64,000 bases of DNA from the NCBI RefSeq assembly GCF_988243305.1, contig NZ_OZ547136.1; one strand, given 5' to 3'. Positions 31,911-41,439 of this stretch are shown one piece after another (within the stretch, counting starts at the first letter, position 1; each line of letters opens with the position of its first letter). A model generated the notes under the pieces. The model ran no database searches, was not told where the DNA came from, and worked only from the letters and a program-made list of their open reading frames with translations. The position numbers and the translations under genes were made by a program.

Positions 31911-31997
31911 GATAGATTTAAAATAACATACCGTCAGTATGTTTATGGTATCATGATGATGTGGTCGTGACAATCTTAAGAACATTTAGGTTATTTT

Positions 31998-32414
31998 ATG
32001 TATATTGAACAGCATTCTCGCTATCAAAATAAAGCTAATAACATCCAATTAAGATATGATGATAAGCAGTTTCATACAACGGTTATCAAAGATGTTCTAT
32101 TATGGATTGAACATAATTTAGATCAGTCTTTACTGCTTGATGATGTGGCGAATAAAGCGGGTTATACCAAGTGGTATTTTCAGCGGCTGTTCAAAAAAGT
32201 AACAGGGGTCACACTGGCTAGCTATATTCGTGCTCGTCGTTTGACGAAAGCGGCTGTTGAGTTGAGGTTGACGAAAAAAACTATCCTTGAGATCGCATTA
32301 AAATATCAATTTGATTCCCAACAATCTTTTACACGTCGATTTAAGTACATTTTTAAGGTTACACCAAGTTATTATCGGCGTAATAAATTATGGGAATTGG
32401 AGGCAATGCACTGA
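31998..32414 (+). CDS. tetD: Tn10 TetD (MarA/SoxS-like AraC-family regulator)
   Basis: 138 aa; two AraC HTH units; stop codon lies in the IS10-right inside end as in Tn10. Confidence 0.85.
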   Translation: MYIEQHSRYQNKANNIQLRYDDKQFHTTVIKDVLLWIEHNLDQSLLLDDVANKAGYTKWYFQRLFKKVTGVTLASYIRARRLTKAAVELRLTKKTILEIALKYQFDSQQSFTRRFKYIFKVTPSYYRRNKLWELEAMH

Positions 32415-32632
32415 GAGATCCCCTCATAATTTCCCCAAAGCGTAACCATGTGTGAATAAATTTTGAGCTAGTAGGGTTGCAGCCACGAGTAAGTCTTCCC
32501 TTGTTATTGTGTAGCCAGAATGCCGCAAAACTTCCATGCCTAAGCGAACTGTTGAGAGTACGTTTCGATTTCTGACTGTGAACCGCCCCGGGAATCCTGG
32601 AGACTAAACTTCCTGAGAAAGAGGTAAACAGG

Positions 32633-32959
32633 ATGACTAAAAATACTCGTTTTTCCCCCGAAGTCCGTCAACGGGCAGTCCGTATGGTTCTGGAAAGTCA
32701 GAGCGAATATGACTCACAATGGGCGACAATTTGTTCCATTGCTCCAAAGATTGGCTGTACGCCGGAGACTCTGCGTGTCTGGGTTCGCCAGCATGAGCGG
32801 GATACCGGGGGCGGTGATGGAGGGCTCACCACCGCTGAACGTCAGCGTCTGAAAGAGCTGGAACGTGAAAATCGTGAACTGCGCCGCAGTAACGATATCC
32901 TTCGCCAGGCTTCCGCTTATTTTGCGAAGGCGGAGTTCGACCGCCTCTGGAAAAAATGA
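32633..32959 (+). CDS. IS629-like OrfA (IS3-family transposase N-terminal protein)
   Basis: [60 protein letters not shown]... Confidence 0.8.
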   Translation: MTKNTRFSPEVRQRAVRMVLESQSEYDSQWATICSIAPKIGCTPETLRVWVRQHERDTGGGDGGLTTAERQRLKELERENRELRRSNDILRQASAYFAKAEFDRLWKK

Positions 32960-33846
32960 TGCCACTGCTGGATAAGCTGCGTGAGCAGTACGGGGTCGGA
33001 CCGCTATGCAGCGAACTGCATATTGCCCCGTCAACGTATTACCACTGTCAGCAACAGCGACATCATCCGGATAAACGCAGTGCCCGTGCGCAGCGCGATG
33101 ACTGGCTGAAGAAAGAGATACAGCGCGTATACGATGAAAATCACAAGGTATACGGTGTGCGTAAAGTCTGGCGTCAGTTGTTACGGGAAGGTATCAGAGT
33201 GGCCAGATGCACTGTGGCACGTCTCATGGCGGTTATGGGACTTGCCGGTGTTCTCCGGGGTAAAAAGGTCCGTACGACCATCAGCCGGAAAGCCGTTGCC
33301 GCAGGCGACCGCGTAAACCGTCAGTTCGTGGCAGAACGACCTGACCAGCTGTGGGTGGCTGATTTTACTTACGTCAGCACATGGCGGGGCTTCGTCTATG
33401 TGGCGTTCATCATTGATGTGTTTGCCGGATACATCGTGGGGTGGCGGGTCTCATCGTCCATGGAAACGACATTCGTGCTGGATGCACTGGAGCAGGCGTT
33501 ATGGGCCCGTCGACCGTCCGGCACGGTCCATCACAGTGATAAAGGTTCTCAGTATGTATCGCTGGCCTACACACAGCGGCTTAAGGAAGCCGGATTACTG
33601 GCATCAACAGGAAGTACAGGCGACTCGTATGACAACGCGATGGCGGAGAGCATCAATGGTCTTTACAAAGCGGAGGTAATACACCGTAAGAGCTGGAAAA
33701 ACCGTGCAGAAGTGGAACTGGCCACACTCACGTGGGTGGACTGGTATAACAATCGACGATTGCTGGAAAGGCTGGGCCATACTCCTCCGGCAGAAGCAGA
33801 AAAAGCTTATTATGCTTCCATCGGAAACGATGATCTGGCAGCCTGA
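32956..33846 (+). CDS. IS629-like OrfB (DDE integrase/transposase core; normally expressed as OrfAB by -1 frameshift)
   Basis: 296 aa with DDE-type core (…WVADFTYV…HHSDKGSQY…DNAMAES…). Confidence 0.8.
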   Translation: MMPLLDKLREQYGVGPLCSELHIAPSTYYHCQQQRHHPDKRSARAQRDDWLKKEIQRVYDENHKVYGVRKVWRQLLREGIRVARCTVARLMAVMGLAGVLRGKKVRTTISRKAVAAGDRVNRQFVAERPDQLWVADFTYVSTWRGFVYVAFIIDVFAGYIVGWRVSSSMETTFVLDALEQALWARRPSGTVHHSDKGSQYVSLAYTQRLKEAGLLASTGSTGDSYDNAMAESINGLYKAEVIHRKSWKNRAEVELATLTWVDWYNNRRLLERLGHTPPAEAEKAYYASIGNDDLAA

Positions 33847-34945
33847 GTTCACAGATAAAACACTCTCCAGGAAACCCGGGGCGGTTCACTGTGTTAGCCT
33901 GGAAGTGCTTGTCCCAACCTTGTTTCTGAGCATGAACGCCCGCAAGCCAACATGTTAGTTGAAGCATCAGGGCGATTAGCAGCATGATATCAAAACGCTC
34001 TGAGCTGCTCGTTCGGCTATGGCGTAGGCCTAGTCCGTAGGCAGGACTTTTCAAGTCTCGGAAGGTTTCTTCAATCTGCATTCGCTTCGAATAGATATTA
34101 ACAAGTTGTTTGGGTGTTCGAATTTCAACAGGTAAGTTAGTTGCTAGAACCCATGGCTCCTTTGCCGACGCTGAGTAGATTTTAGGTGACGGGTGGTGAC
34201 AATGAGTCCGTGTCGAGCGCTGATTTTTTCGGCCTTTAGAGCGAGATTTATACAATAGAATTTGGCATGAGATTGGATTGCTTTTAGTCAGCCTCTTATA
34301 GCCTAAAGTCTTTGAGTGACTAGATGACATATCATGTAAGTTGCTGATAGGTTTCCAGTTTTCCGCTCCTAGGTCTGCATATTGTACTTTTCCTCTTACT
34401 CGACTTAACCAGTACCAACCCAGCTTCTCAACGGATTTATACCATGGCACTTTAAAGCCAGCATCACTGACAATGAGCGGTGTGGTGTTACTCGGTAGAA
34501 TGCTCGCAAGGTCGGCTAGAAATTGGTCATGAGCTTTCTTTGAACATTGCTCTGAAAGCGGGAACGCTTTCTCATAAAGAGTAACAGAACGACCGTGTAG
34601 TGCGACTGAAGCTCGCAATACCATAAGTCGTTTTTGCTCACGAATATCAGACCAGTCAACAAGTACAATGGGCATCGTATTGCCCGAACAGATAAAGCTA
34701 GCATGCCAACGGTATACAGCGAGTCGCTCTTTGTGGAGGTGACGATTACCTAACAATCGGTCGATTCGTTTGATGTTATGTTTTGTTCTCGCTTTGGTTG
34801 GCAGGTTACGGCCAAGTTCGGTAAGAGTGAGAGTTTTACAGTCAAGTAATGCGTGGCAAGCCAACGTTAAGCTGTTGAGTCGTTTTAAGTGTAATTCGGG
34901 GCAGAATTGGTAAAGAGAGTCGTGTAAAATATCGAGTTCGCACAT
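33728..34945 (-). pseudogene. IS10-right transposase, C-terminus replaced by read-through into IS629
   Basis: Identical to the IS10-left transposase for about 350 residues, then diverges (…ANTVNRPGFPGECF…) at the IS629 junction. Confidence 0.8.
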
Positions 34946-35113
34946 CTTGTTGTCTGATTATTGATTTTTGGCGAAACCATTTGATCATATGACAAGATGT
35001 GTATCTACCTTAACTTAATGATTTTTACCAAAATCATTAGGGGATTCATCAGCCCGCAGCAACTACAGAACGGTAAATAACATTACCCGGGGGAAGCATC
35101 CGGAGGCGAAACA

Positions 35114-35536
35114 ATGAAACTGGCCCTGACGCTGGAAGCCGACAGCATTAACGTGCAGGCACTGAACATGGGGCGCATTGTCGTTGACGTCGATGGTGTT
35201 AATCTCGCTGAACTGTTTAATAAAGTCGCGGAAAATGGTTATTCACTCCGCGTGGTGGATGAGCGTGTCACTACCGAAACACCGGCGACCTCTGCCAGCC
35301 CTCATCAGTTGCCGGAAGACAATACAGTGATACAGAGCGTAATGCCATTAGCCACAGAAACGGCGCTGGATATTCTGATTGTGTGGCTGCAGGACAATAT
35401 CGACTGCGAATCGGGGATTATCTTCGACAACGATGAGGATAAAACGGATTCGGCAGCACTGTTGCCCTGCATTGAACAGGCCAGGGAAGATATCCATACC
35501 CTGCGCCAACTACAGCTTCTGCACCAGAACCGGTAA
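35114..35536 (+). CDS. Hypothetical protein in the position downstream of cbtA (YeeW-like position)
   Basis: 140 aa ORF beginning 53 nt after the Tn10 right end; family not verified. Confidence 0.4.
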   Translation: MKLALTLEADSINVQALNMGRIVVDVDGVNLAELFNKVAENGYSLRVVDERVTTETPATSASPHQLPEDNTVIQSVMPLATETALDILIVWLQDNIDCESGIIFDNDEDKTDSAALLPCIEQAREDIHTLRQLQLLHQNR

Positions 35537-35620
35537 ATATTACTCACCATACTTCATTCCACTGACGCCAGCCTGAACAGGGCTGGCGTTTTCATTTATC
35601 TGCAAAAAGGAAAAACGATT

Positions 35621-36463
35621 ATGTCTGAAATCACAGTCTCCCGTCCGGAAGTGGTCAACGGACATACGGACGTTATCTGCTCAACCTCAGTCAGCCACAT
35701 TCTGGCTGTACGAAAGAGTACACTGTTGCAAATCGACATACTTATCCGGCAACTGGCTGAAATCTCAGCAATGACAGAAAGTATTGGCGGTAAAACCGCA
35801 CTGGACTGGGCCATGAAACAGGATTTTCGCTGCGGCTGCTGGCTCATGGAGAAACCTGAAACGGCAATGAAAGCCATTACCCGCAACCTTGACCGTGAAA
35901 TCTGGCGTGACCTGATGCAACGCTCCGGGATGCTGTCATTAATGGATGCGCAGACCCGTGATACATGGTACCGGTCACTGGAGTACGATAATTTTCCGGA
36001 AATCAGTGAAGCGAACATTATGAGCACATTTGAACAACTGCACCAGAATAAGGATGAGGTGTTTGAGCGGGGAGTGATTAACGTCTTCAGGGGACTGAGC
36101 TGGAATTATAAAACCAACTCTCCCTGTAAATTTGGCAGTAAAATTATCGTCAACAATCTGGTGAGATGGGGCCGGTGGGGATTTCATCTTATCACCGGAC
36201 CACAGACTGACCGGGTTGCCGACCTGGAAAGGATGCTGCATCTCTTCAGTGGCATCCCCACTCCCGACAACCGGGAAAATATCATAATTCGTCTGGATGA
36301 GCATATCCGGTCTGTTCAGGGTAAAGAGTACTATGAAGACGAAATGTTTATCATTAAATACTTTAAGAAGGGATCTGCACACATCACTTTCAAAAGGCTG
36401 GAACTGATTGACAGAATTAACGATATAATAGTCAGGCACTTTCCTTCTGTGCTCTCAGCCTGA
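35621..36463 (+). CDS. Conserved hypothetical island-distal protein (possibly DUF4942-like; uncertain)
   Basis: 280 aa ORF with RBS aaaagga; last gene before the island boundary. Confidence 0.4.
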   Translation: MSEITVSRPEVVNGHTDVICSTSVSHILAVRKSTLLQIDILIRQLAEISAMTESIGGKTALDWAMKQDFRCGCWLMEKPETAMKAITRNLDREIWRDLMQRSGMLSLMDAQTRDTWYRSLEYDNFPEISEANIMSTFEQLHQNKDEVFERGVINVFRGLSWNYKTNSPCKFGSKIIVNNLVRWGRWGFHLITGPQTDRVADLERMLHLFSGIPTPDNRENIIIRLDEHIRSVQGKEYYEDEMFIIKYFKKGSAHITFKRLELIDRINDIIVRHFPSVLSA

Positions 36464-36573
36464 TCCCGAGTGTGATTCCCTTTCGATATCAAAAGGGACT
36501 GCGGGTATAATTGAGGGTACATTTTTAATCAAACCAAACAAATCAGATTAATATCAATATGATAAAAGAAATT

Positions 36574-36595
36574 TTCGATTCCGAGTCCGGCACCA
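36574..36595 (+). other. Island right junction (attR-like): direct repeat of the tRNA-Phe 3' end, one G missing
   Basis: ttcgattccgagtccgg-cacca matches the T-arm/acceptor 3' end of E. coli tRNA-Phe (TTCGATTCCGAGTCCGGGCACCA); not a complete tRNA. Confidence 0.7.
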
Positions 36596-36609
36596 CTAAT
36601 TCTTAAGAA

Positions 36610-36631
36610 CCCGCCCACAAGGCGGGTTTTT
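36610..36631 (+). terminator. Rho-independent terminator (native tRNA-Phe downstream terminator)
   Basis: cccgcc cacaa ggcggg followed by ttttt. Confidence 0.6.
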
Positions 36632-36743
36632 GCTTTTGGATCTGACAATAACCTTCACGAAAAAACTTAGCTTATAAGGTCTGGGGGAATTACTCTCGCC
36701 ACGTTAACGAGAGTAATTTTATTGATATTAATCTCCTGATACT

Positions 36744-37280
36744 TTACCCCCGTCCAAACTCCAGCCGCTGCACATTCACCATCCCAGGCTTCTCAGCAGC
36801 ACTGACATCAATTTGTGTCACCCGCAGCGCATATTTTTCATCCAGTGCGTTTAACCATTTCAGAAGGTCATTAAACACCACAGGTTCTATCCAGACCTGA
36901 ATATTCTCCCCACGCTCGGCTATCCGCTTGATGACCACCGAGTGCGCGGAAGCACTGTCACTGATGACCCGCGATACCTGCGCAGGCGTTGTTGTGGCAG
37001 ATTTTCGCGCTGCAATAATATCCGGCGCGGCGCTCTTCAGTCGGGTGTTCATTGCCACCAGCTGCTGCAACATCGTCTCCTGTTGTTCTATCCGTTCGCT
37101 CAACGGCTGCCAGATGAGGACGTAATATCCGGCGCTAAACAGGAACACCGCCGCTGCCAGTAACATGCCTTTTTCACGCGGAGAACGCCCCGCCAGGTGT
37201 TGTGTCAGCCAGTGTTCGCCACGGCTTAACTGGCGTTCACGCCATTGCTGAAAATAGTGAATAAATTTATCGCGTAACAT
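36744..37280 (-). CDS. gspM: T2SS inner-membrane protein GspM
   Basis: 178 aa, last gene of a collinear gsp operon; single TM segment. Confidence 0.75.
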   Translation of the reverse strand: MLRDKFIHYFQQWRERQLSRGEHWLTQHLAGRSPREKGMLLAAAVFLFSAGYYVLIWQPLSERIEQQETMLQQLVAMNTRLKSAAPDIIAARKSATTTPAQVSRVISDSASAHSVVIKRIAERGENIQVWIEPVVFNDLLKWLNALDEKYALRVTQIDVSAAEKPGMVNVQRLEFGRG

Positions 37281-37281
37281 G

Positions 37282-38460
37282 TTATTTCCTCCGCAACGTT
37301 ACGCCGCCGGAAACCGCATCACCCTCTTTCTGTAACGCGTCCTGTTGCACAACATAATCTGCCGCCAGTGCGCTACGCAGTTTGTCGAAGCTGGCAAAGT
37401 TTGCAGCCCGTAGCTGAAGGTGAAGCGTCTGGCGTTTTTGATCAAAGGTGAAACCACGCATTTCGATGTCGGTAAGTGACGCTGATTTCAGGGTACTGGC
37501 GATCGCTGACAATTCTGCGAGCAGCCGGGTATCGTCGGCCTGCGGGCGATATTTTTTCAGCGCCATCGTCACCTGGGAACGCAAATTCACAATCCGCTTC
37601 TGCTCCGGGAACAGTGTTAAGAACTTTTTTTCCGCCTGGGTGCGGCTTTGCGCCACCTGTTCGCTGACGCTCCATAACGTCACGCCCCGTTCCACTACCA
37701 GCGCAACCAGAATCAGCAATATCGGCAGAATCATCACCCGCCAGCGCGCCCACTGTTTTCGGTAGCTGACACGAGGCTGCCACGGCCCTGTTAGCAGGTT
37801 CCCTTCCGGTTCGCCATAAGTGGTAATGGCTGGCAGAGCCGTAACGGTCAGGCGTTCGGCGTCCGCACCAGCCCATGCAGATAGTTCTTCCGGTGCAATG
37901 CCGACCACGGTTAGCGAAAGCGGTAAATTCTGCTCATTGAGCTGTGCACGGAACATGACCGGAGCCAGCGCCCGCCCGGCGCTCCATCCCCGGCATTCAT
38001 CGATGCGGCAGATAACCCGTTGCGCATCGCCAGCCATAAACCCACAAGGAATGGACATCCAGTCTGGCGCGACGGTAGCGCGGGTGATGCCGTTTGCCTG
38101 CAACCATTGCGCAATGTTGCGCATATGCTGCTGGTGAATCACAGCTACGGTTGCCAGTTGCTGGTCGATTTTCAACGGGGCGAAATGCAGTTCATCGATA
38201 TCCTGGTTCAGCTCTTCTTCCAGCAAGGCGGGCAGAATCGTCGGTATCTGCTTACGGGGCACATCAGGCAGTTCAACCTGCCAGACGCTGATCCATTCGC
38301 CGGGAATATAGAGTCGAATCGCATCAGTTTGCAGCCATTGCTGGAGACATTCATCAGCAACGTCAGGCCAGATGCCGCACTCCACGTCGGGTGTACGGCG
38401 CTGCCAGCGGATGGGATCAGCGGCGCAAAGCGGGAAAAAAATCTCAAGCATGGAACTCAC
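37282..38460 (-). CDS. gspL: T2SS protein GspL
   Basis: 392 aa, operon position and size. Confidence 0.75.
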   Translation of the reverse strand: MSSMLEIFFPLCAADPIRWQRRTPDVECGIWPDVADECLQQWLQTDAIRLYIPGEWISVWQVELPDVPRKQIPTILPALLEEELNQDIDELHFAPLKIDQQLATVAVIHQQHMRNIAQWLQANGITRATVAPDWMSIPCGFMAGDAQRVICRIDECRGWSAGRALAPVMFRAQLNEQNLPLSLTVVGIAPEELSAWAGADAERLTVTALPAITTYGEPEGNLLTGPWQPRVSYRKQWARWRVMILPILLILVALVVERGVTLWSVSEQVAQSRTQAEKKFLTLFPEQKRIVNLRSQVTMALKKYRPQADDTRLLAELSAIASTLKSASLTDIEMRGFTFDQKRQTLHLQLRAANFASFDKLRSALAADYVVQQDALQKEGDAVSGGVTLRRK

Positions 38461-39434
38461 TCACTTTCTCCTGTCTGATGCCAGAGAACAGAAAAGTGTT
38501 GTGGGCCCATGCGGACAATTAACGAATTCATCGTCAGTTCAATCTCATTCACGGTGATATCTGAACGCAGCCAGAAGTAATTGCTGTCCACGCTCAGGAC
38601 GGTTTTTAGCTGTTTTTTAGTACGCTCATCGACGTCTGCAAGTAGCGGCTGAGCAAGAAACTGATCGACATCTTCCCAGCCCTTCGCCGGACGTTGTTGT
38701 AATAATGCCCGCGCCTGAACAGGGCTTAACCACGGGTCAAACAGCGCCTCAAGAATCACACTTTGCGTGACGTCTAAGGTATTGATGTTGATTTGCTGGC
38801 GGGTCATCGGCAGCGCACAGACCAGCGGTTTCAGTTTTTGATAAAGTCCGGCGTCCATTCCCTGCACCACGCGCATCTCGCTGATATCCGCCAGCGGTTG
38901 ATTAGCGGCGTAGAACGGCACCGAGCGGGCGAGATACTCGCTGTCTTCACGACCCAGACGCGTCTGCACGCTGCGGTCTTCGTCAATAAACTCCCACAGG
39001 CTTTCGGCTATCAGTTCGGCCCGATAAGCAGGTACATCAAGGCGCGAGATCAGGGCAATCAGTTGTTGTACCGCGAGCGGACGCGACGCCGTCGTCGGCT
39101 GAGCGAGGGCATTCAGGTTAAAGCAGGCCTGTGCGTCACGCAGAGTGACGGCGATTTGCCCCTGCGGCAGTGGGAAAAAACGAGGGCCGGAAGCCCACGG
39201 CTGCGCCAGATGCACGCGCTTTTCATTTTTCAGGCTCAGACTGAGTGCGCTCAACGCCAGGCTTTCTGCACTGGCGCTGTACCACAGCGCCTGCTGGTAC
39301 TCCTGCTGGCTGCGGGTTCGCCCAAGTTGTTGCTGCATCCGCCCGGAAAGCGTGATGGTTACCAGCATCATAACCGCCAGCAATACCAGCACCACAACCA
39401 GTGCCATTCCGCGTTTTGGTGGTGAGGTGATCAT
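38457..39434 (-). CDS. gspK: T2SS minor pseudopilin GspK
   Basis: 325 aa; N-terminal hydrophobic segment MALVVVLVLLAVMMLVTITLSG. Confidence 0.75.
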   Translation of the reverse strand: MITSPPKRGMALVVVLVLLAVMMLVTITLSGRMQQQLGRTRSQQEYQQALWYSASAESLALSALSLSLKNEKRVHLAQPWASGPRFFPLPQGQIAVTLRDAQACFNLNALAQPTTASRPLAVQQLIALISRLDVPAYRAELIAESLWEFIDEDRSVQTRLGREDSEYLARSVPFYAANQPLADISEMRVVQGMDAGLYQKLKPLVCALPMTRQQININTLDVTQSVILEALFDPWLSPVQARALLQQRPAKGWEDVDQFLAQPLLADVDERTKKQLKTVLSVDSNYFWLRSDITVNEIELTMNSLIVRMGPQHFSVLWHQTGESE

Positions 39435-40036
39435 GATAATTGCGGCCCGCGTAACAACCAGATGCGTTCAATTTCGCCCCATTGCAGCGAATGCAGGGTT
39501 ATGCGTACCGCCACGGGGATCGCCTGTACTGACGACCAGCTCTCCTGCCAGCGCGTGCCGTCGTAGAACTGCAAACGGAGCGAATCCGCCGGAATCAACT
39601 TTTGCATTGTCGGCTTCACGCTGCCTGCTGCGTCGGTCAGCGGCCAGGCTAACCGTTCGAGATAACCGTCATGAATGCGGTAACCGACGGTGAGCAGATT
39701 ACTGCGCGGCAGACGCATCAACGGATTAACCACACCGCCGCGCACAAAGCGCATCCCTTCACTCTCAGACGCCAGTACGCCAGCGCCCGCCAGTAACGCT
39801 GGTTCACGCTGGCCCTGATTGCCTCTTACCGGACGCGGCATCATTTGTGTCAGATCGTGGGTCAGAAAACTCATCGTTTGCTGCATGAGGTTTAGTTTTT
39901 GATCGTGTCCGGCGACGGCGCTATTCACGCGTGTGACGCCGTTAGTCACCTGCTGCGCCATCAGTGCCAGCGAGGCAAAAATGGCAATTGCCACCAGCAT
40001 TTCCAGTAACGTGAAACCAGCGCGAGCCCTTCTCAC
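39431..40036 (-). CDS. gspJ: T2SS minor pseudopilin GspJ
   Basis: 201 aa; prepilin-type N-terminus AGFTLLEMLVAIAIF. Confidence 0.8.
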   Translation of the reverse strand: MRRARAGFTLLEMLVAIAIFASLALMAQQVTNGVTRVNSAVAGHDQKLNLMQQTMSFLTHDLTQMMPRPVRGNQGQREPALLAGAGVLASESEGMRFVRGGVVNPLMRLPRSNLLTVGYRIHDGYLERLAWPLTDAAGSVKPTMQKLIPADSLRLQFYDGTRWQESWSSVQAIPVAVRITLHSLQWGEIERIWLLRGPQLS

Positions 40037-40404
40037 TGTTGGCCTCCCACGGCGCTAAACCAGGCGCGTCGTGACTGAATAACCGGCGAAAAATCTTCGT
40101 GACGGCTGACTTCAATATCCACCGCCTGAAGTAGCGCGTTACCTGTATTCAGCGGTGTGGTTCGCCAGTACCAGCGGCTTCCTGCCATATCGCTCTCGCC
40201 CTGATGGCTGACCGCCCGCTGCTCGCGGGTCATCAGGTAGAGCAGCGCGGTCTGGTTTTCAGCCACCCACCCCGCTACCGTTTTTTCCTCAAGAACGTGC
40301 TGATTACTCAGCGCGCCGCTGGCAATCTGTAACACCGCCGTGGCAGCCAGCGCAAAAATCGCCAGCGCGAGCATCACTTCCAGCAAGGTAAATCCACGCT
40401 TCAT
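40033..40404 (-). CDS. gspI: T2SS minor pseudopilin GspI
   Basis: 123 aa; MKRGFTLLEVMLALAIF. Confidence 0.8.
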   Translation of the reverse strand: MKRGFTLLEVMLALAIFALAATAVLQIASGALSNQHVLEEKTVAGWVAENQTALLYLMTREQRAVSHQGESDMAGSRWYWRTTPLNTGNALLQAVDIEVSRHEDFSPVIQSRRAWFSAVGGQQ

Positions 40405-40964
40405 GGCATCCTCTCATCACATTGACTGAGGGATAACGCGCCATCGTGTGCCAGTTTTACCGCCCAACATGCGTTTTGCGCCGCCGAGTAGAAGCGCAGC
40501 GTAAACGGCGTGGCGGGTTCAAAAGGCGAAAAACGGATCTGCGGCGTCTTCTTTTTCGCCTCTTTTTGCAGCTCCAGTTCAATATCGTGCAGCGTCAGGC
40601 GACGACGCTGCAGTTCCAGCGCATACTCCTTCTGCCAGATATCACTGCCGGGTTGTAACAGCATCTGCACCTGTTTTGGCACCGTAACCTGTGCCGATAA
40701 GCGGGTCGCAGAAACGGGCAACCACTGCCCGTGACGACGCTGCATAAACTGATAGCCAGGAGGATCGATTAGTACACCGAGTGTTTGCCCTTCGATCACT
40801 GCCCTGTCCTTAAACTGCGCAAAGCGAGTCAGAAAATCCTGCGCCACTTTTTTCGCAGGCGGCTCTGAAGCGGTCGCAAACGTCTGTACCACGCCCGCAC
40901 TGGCAAGGCCGATAAGGAAAATCACCAGCATGATTTCCAGAAGTGTGAATCCGCGTTCAGGCAC
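40401..40964 (-). CDS. gspH: T2SS minor pseudopilin GspH
   Basis: 187 aa; ERGFTLLEIMLVIFLIGL. Confidence 0.8.
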   Translation of the reverse strand: MPERGFTLLEIMLVIFLIGLASAGVVQTFATASEPPAKKVAQDFLTRFAQFKDRAVIEGQTLGVLIDPPGYQFMQRRHGQWLPVSATRLSAQVTVPKQVQMLLQPGSDIWQKEYALELQRRRLTLHDIELELQKEAKKKTPQIRFSPFEPATPFTLRFYSAAQNACWAVKLAHDGALSLSQCDERMP

Positions 40965-40967
40965 TGA

Positions 40968-41423
40968 TTACTGAAACTCCTGCAAATTCCAGTTACCGAT
41001 ATCTGCGCCAGCGCCCTCCCCGTTTTCCTGACCATCTGCCCCCAGGGTATAAACATCAAACAGCCCTTTTTCACCCGGGCTGAGATACTGATAATCATTG
41101 CCCCACGGATCTTTTGGCAGTCGTTTAATGTATCCACCAGTACGGTAGTTGCGGGAGTCCGCCATATTGGCCGGTTGCTGGATCAGCGCCTCCAGCCCCT
41201 GTTCTGTGGTCGGATAACGCCCGTTATCCAGTCGGTACATATCCAGCGCGTTCTCCAGCGCCACGATATCGCTGATGGCTTTTTGCCGATCCGCTTTCTC
41301 TTTATTGCCCAACAGGTTAGGCACCACCAGACTTGCCAGGACGCCAAGAATAACAATCACCACCATCACTTCCAGCAGGGTAAAACCTGCCCGTGGTTTT
41401 TGTGTGCGGGATAACGAATTCAT
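40968..41423 (-). CDS. gspG: T2SS major pseudopilin GspG
   Basis: Start trimmed to MNSLSRTQKPRAGFTLLEVMVVIVILGVLASLVVPN with RBS ggag; 151 aa. Confidence 0.85.
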   Translation of the reverse strand: MNSLSRTQKPRAGFTLLEVMVVIVILGVLASLVVPNLLGNKEKADRQKAISDIVALENALDMYRLDNGRYPTTEQGLEALIQQPANMADSRNYRTGGYIKRLPKDPWGNDYQYLSPGEKGLFDVYTLGADGQENGEGAGADIGNWNLQEFQ

Positions 41424-41439
41424 GTGATAACTCCGTAAA

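Larger units (their letters stand above)
32579..33888 (+). mobile_element. IS629/IS1203-like IS3-family element with 3-bp target duplication CTG
   Basis: Termini tgaaccgccccgggaatcctgg ... ccggggcggttca; ctg duplicated at 32576-32578 and 33889-33891; orfA and orfB as expected for an IS3-family element. Confidence 0.8.
32411..35052 (-). mobile_element. IS10-right, interrupted by IS629
   Basis: Inside end ctgagagatcccctcataatttcc at 32411; outside end at 35052; 1310-bp IS629 insertion at 32579-33888. Confidence 0.85.

Noticed and set aside
36574-36595. Complete tRNA gene
   Set aside because: Only the last 22 nt of tRNA-Phe are present (no D-arm or anticodon arm upstream); it is an att-site repeat.
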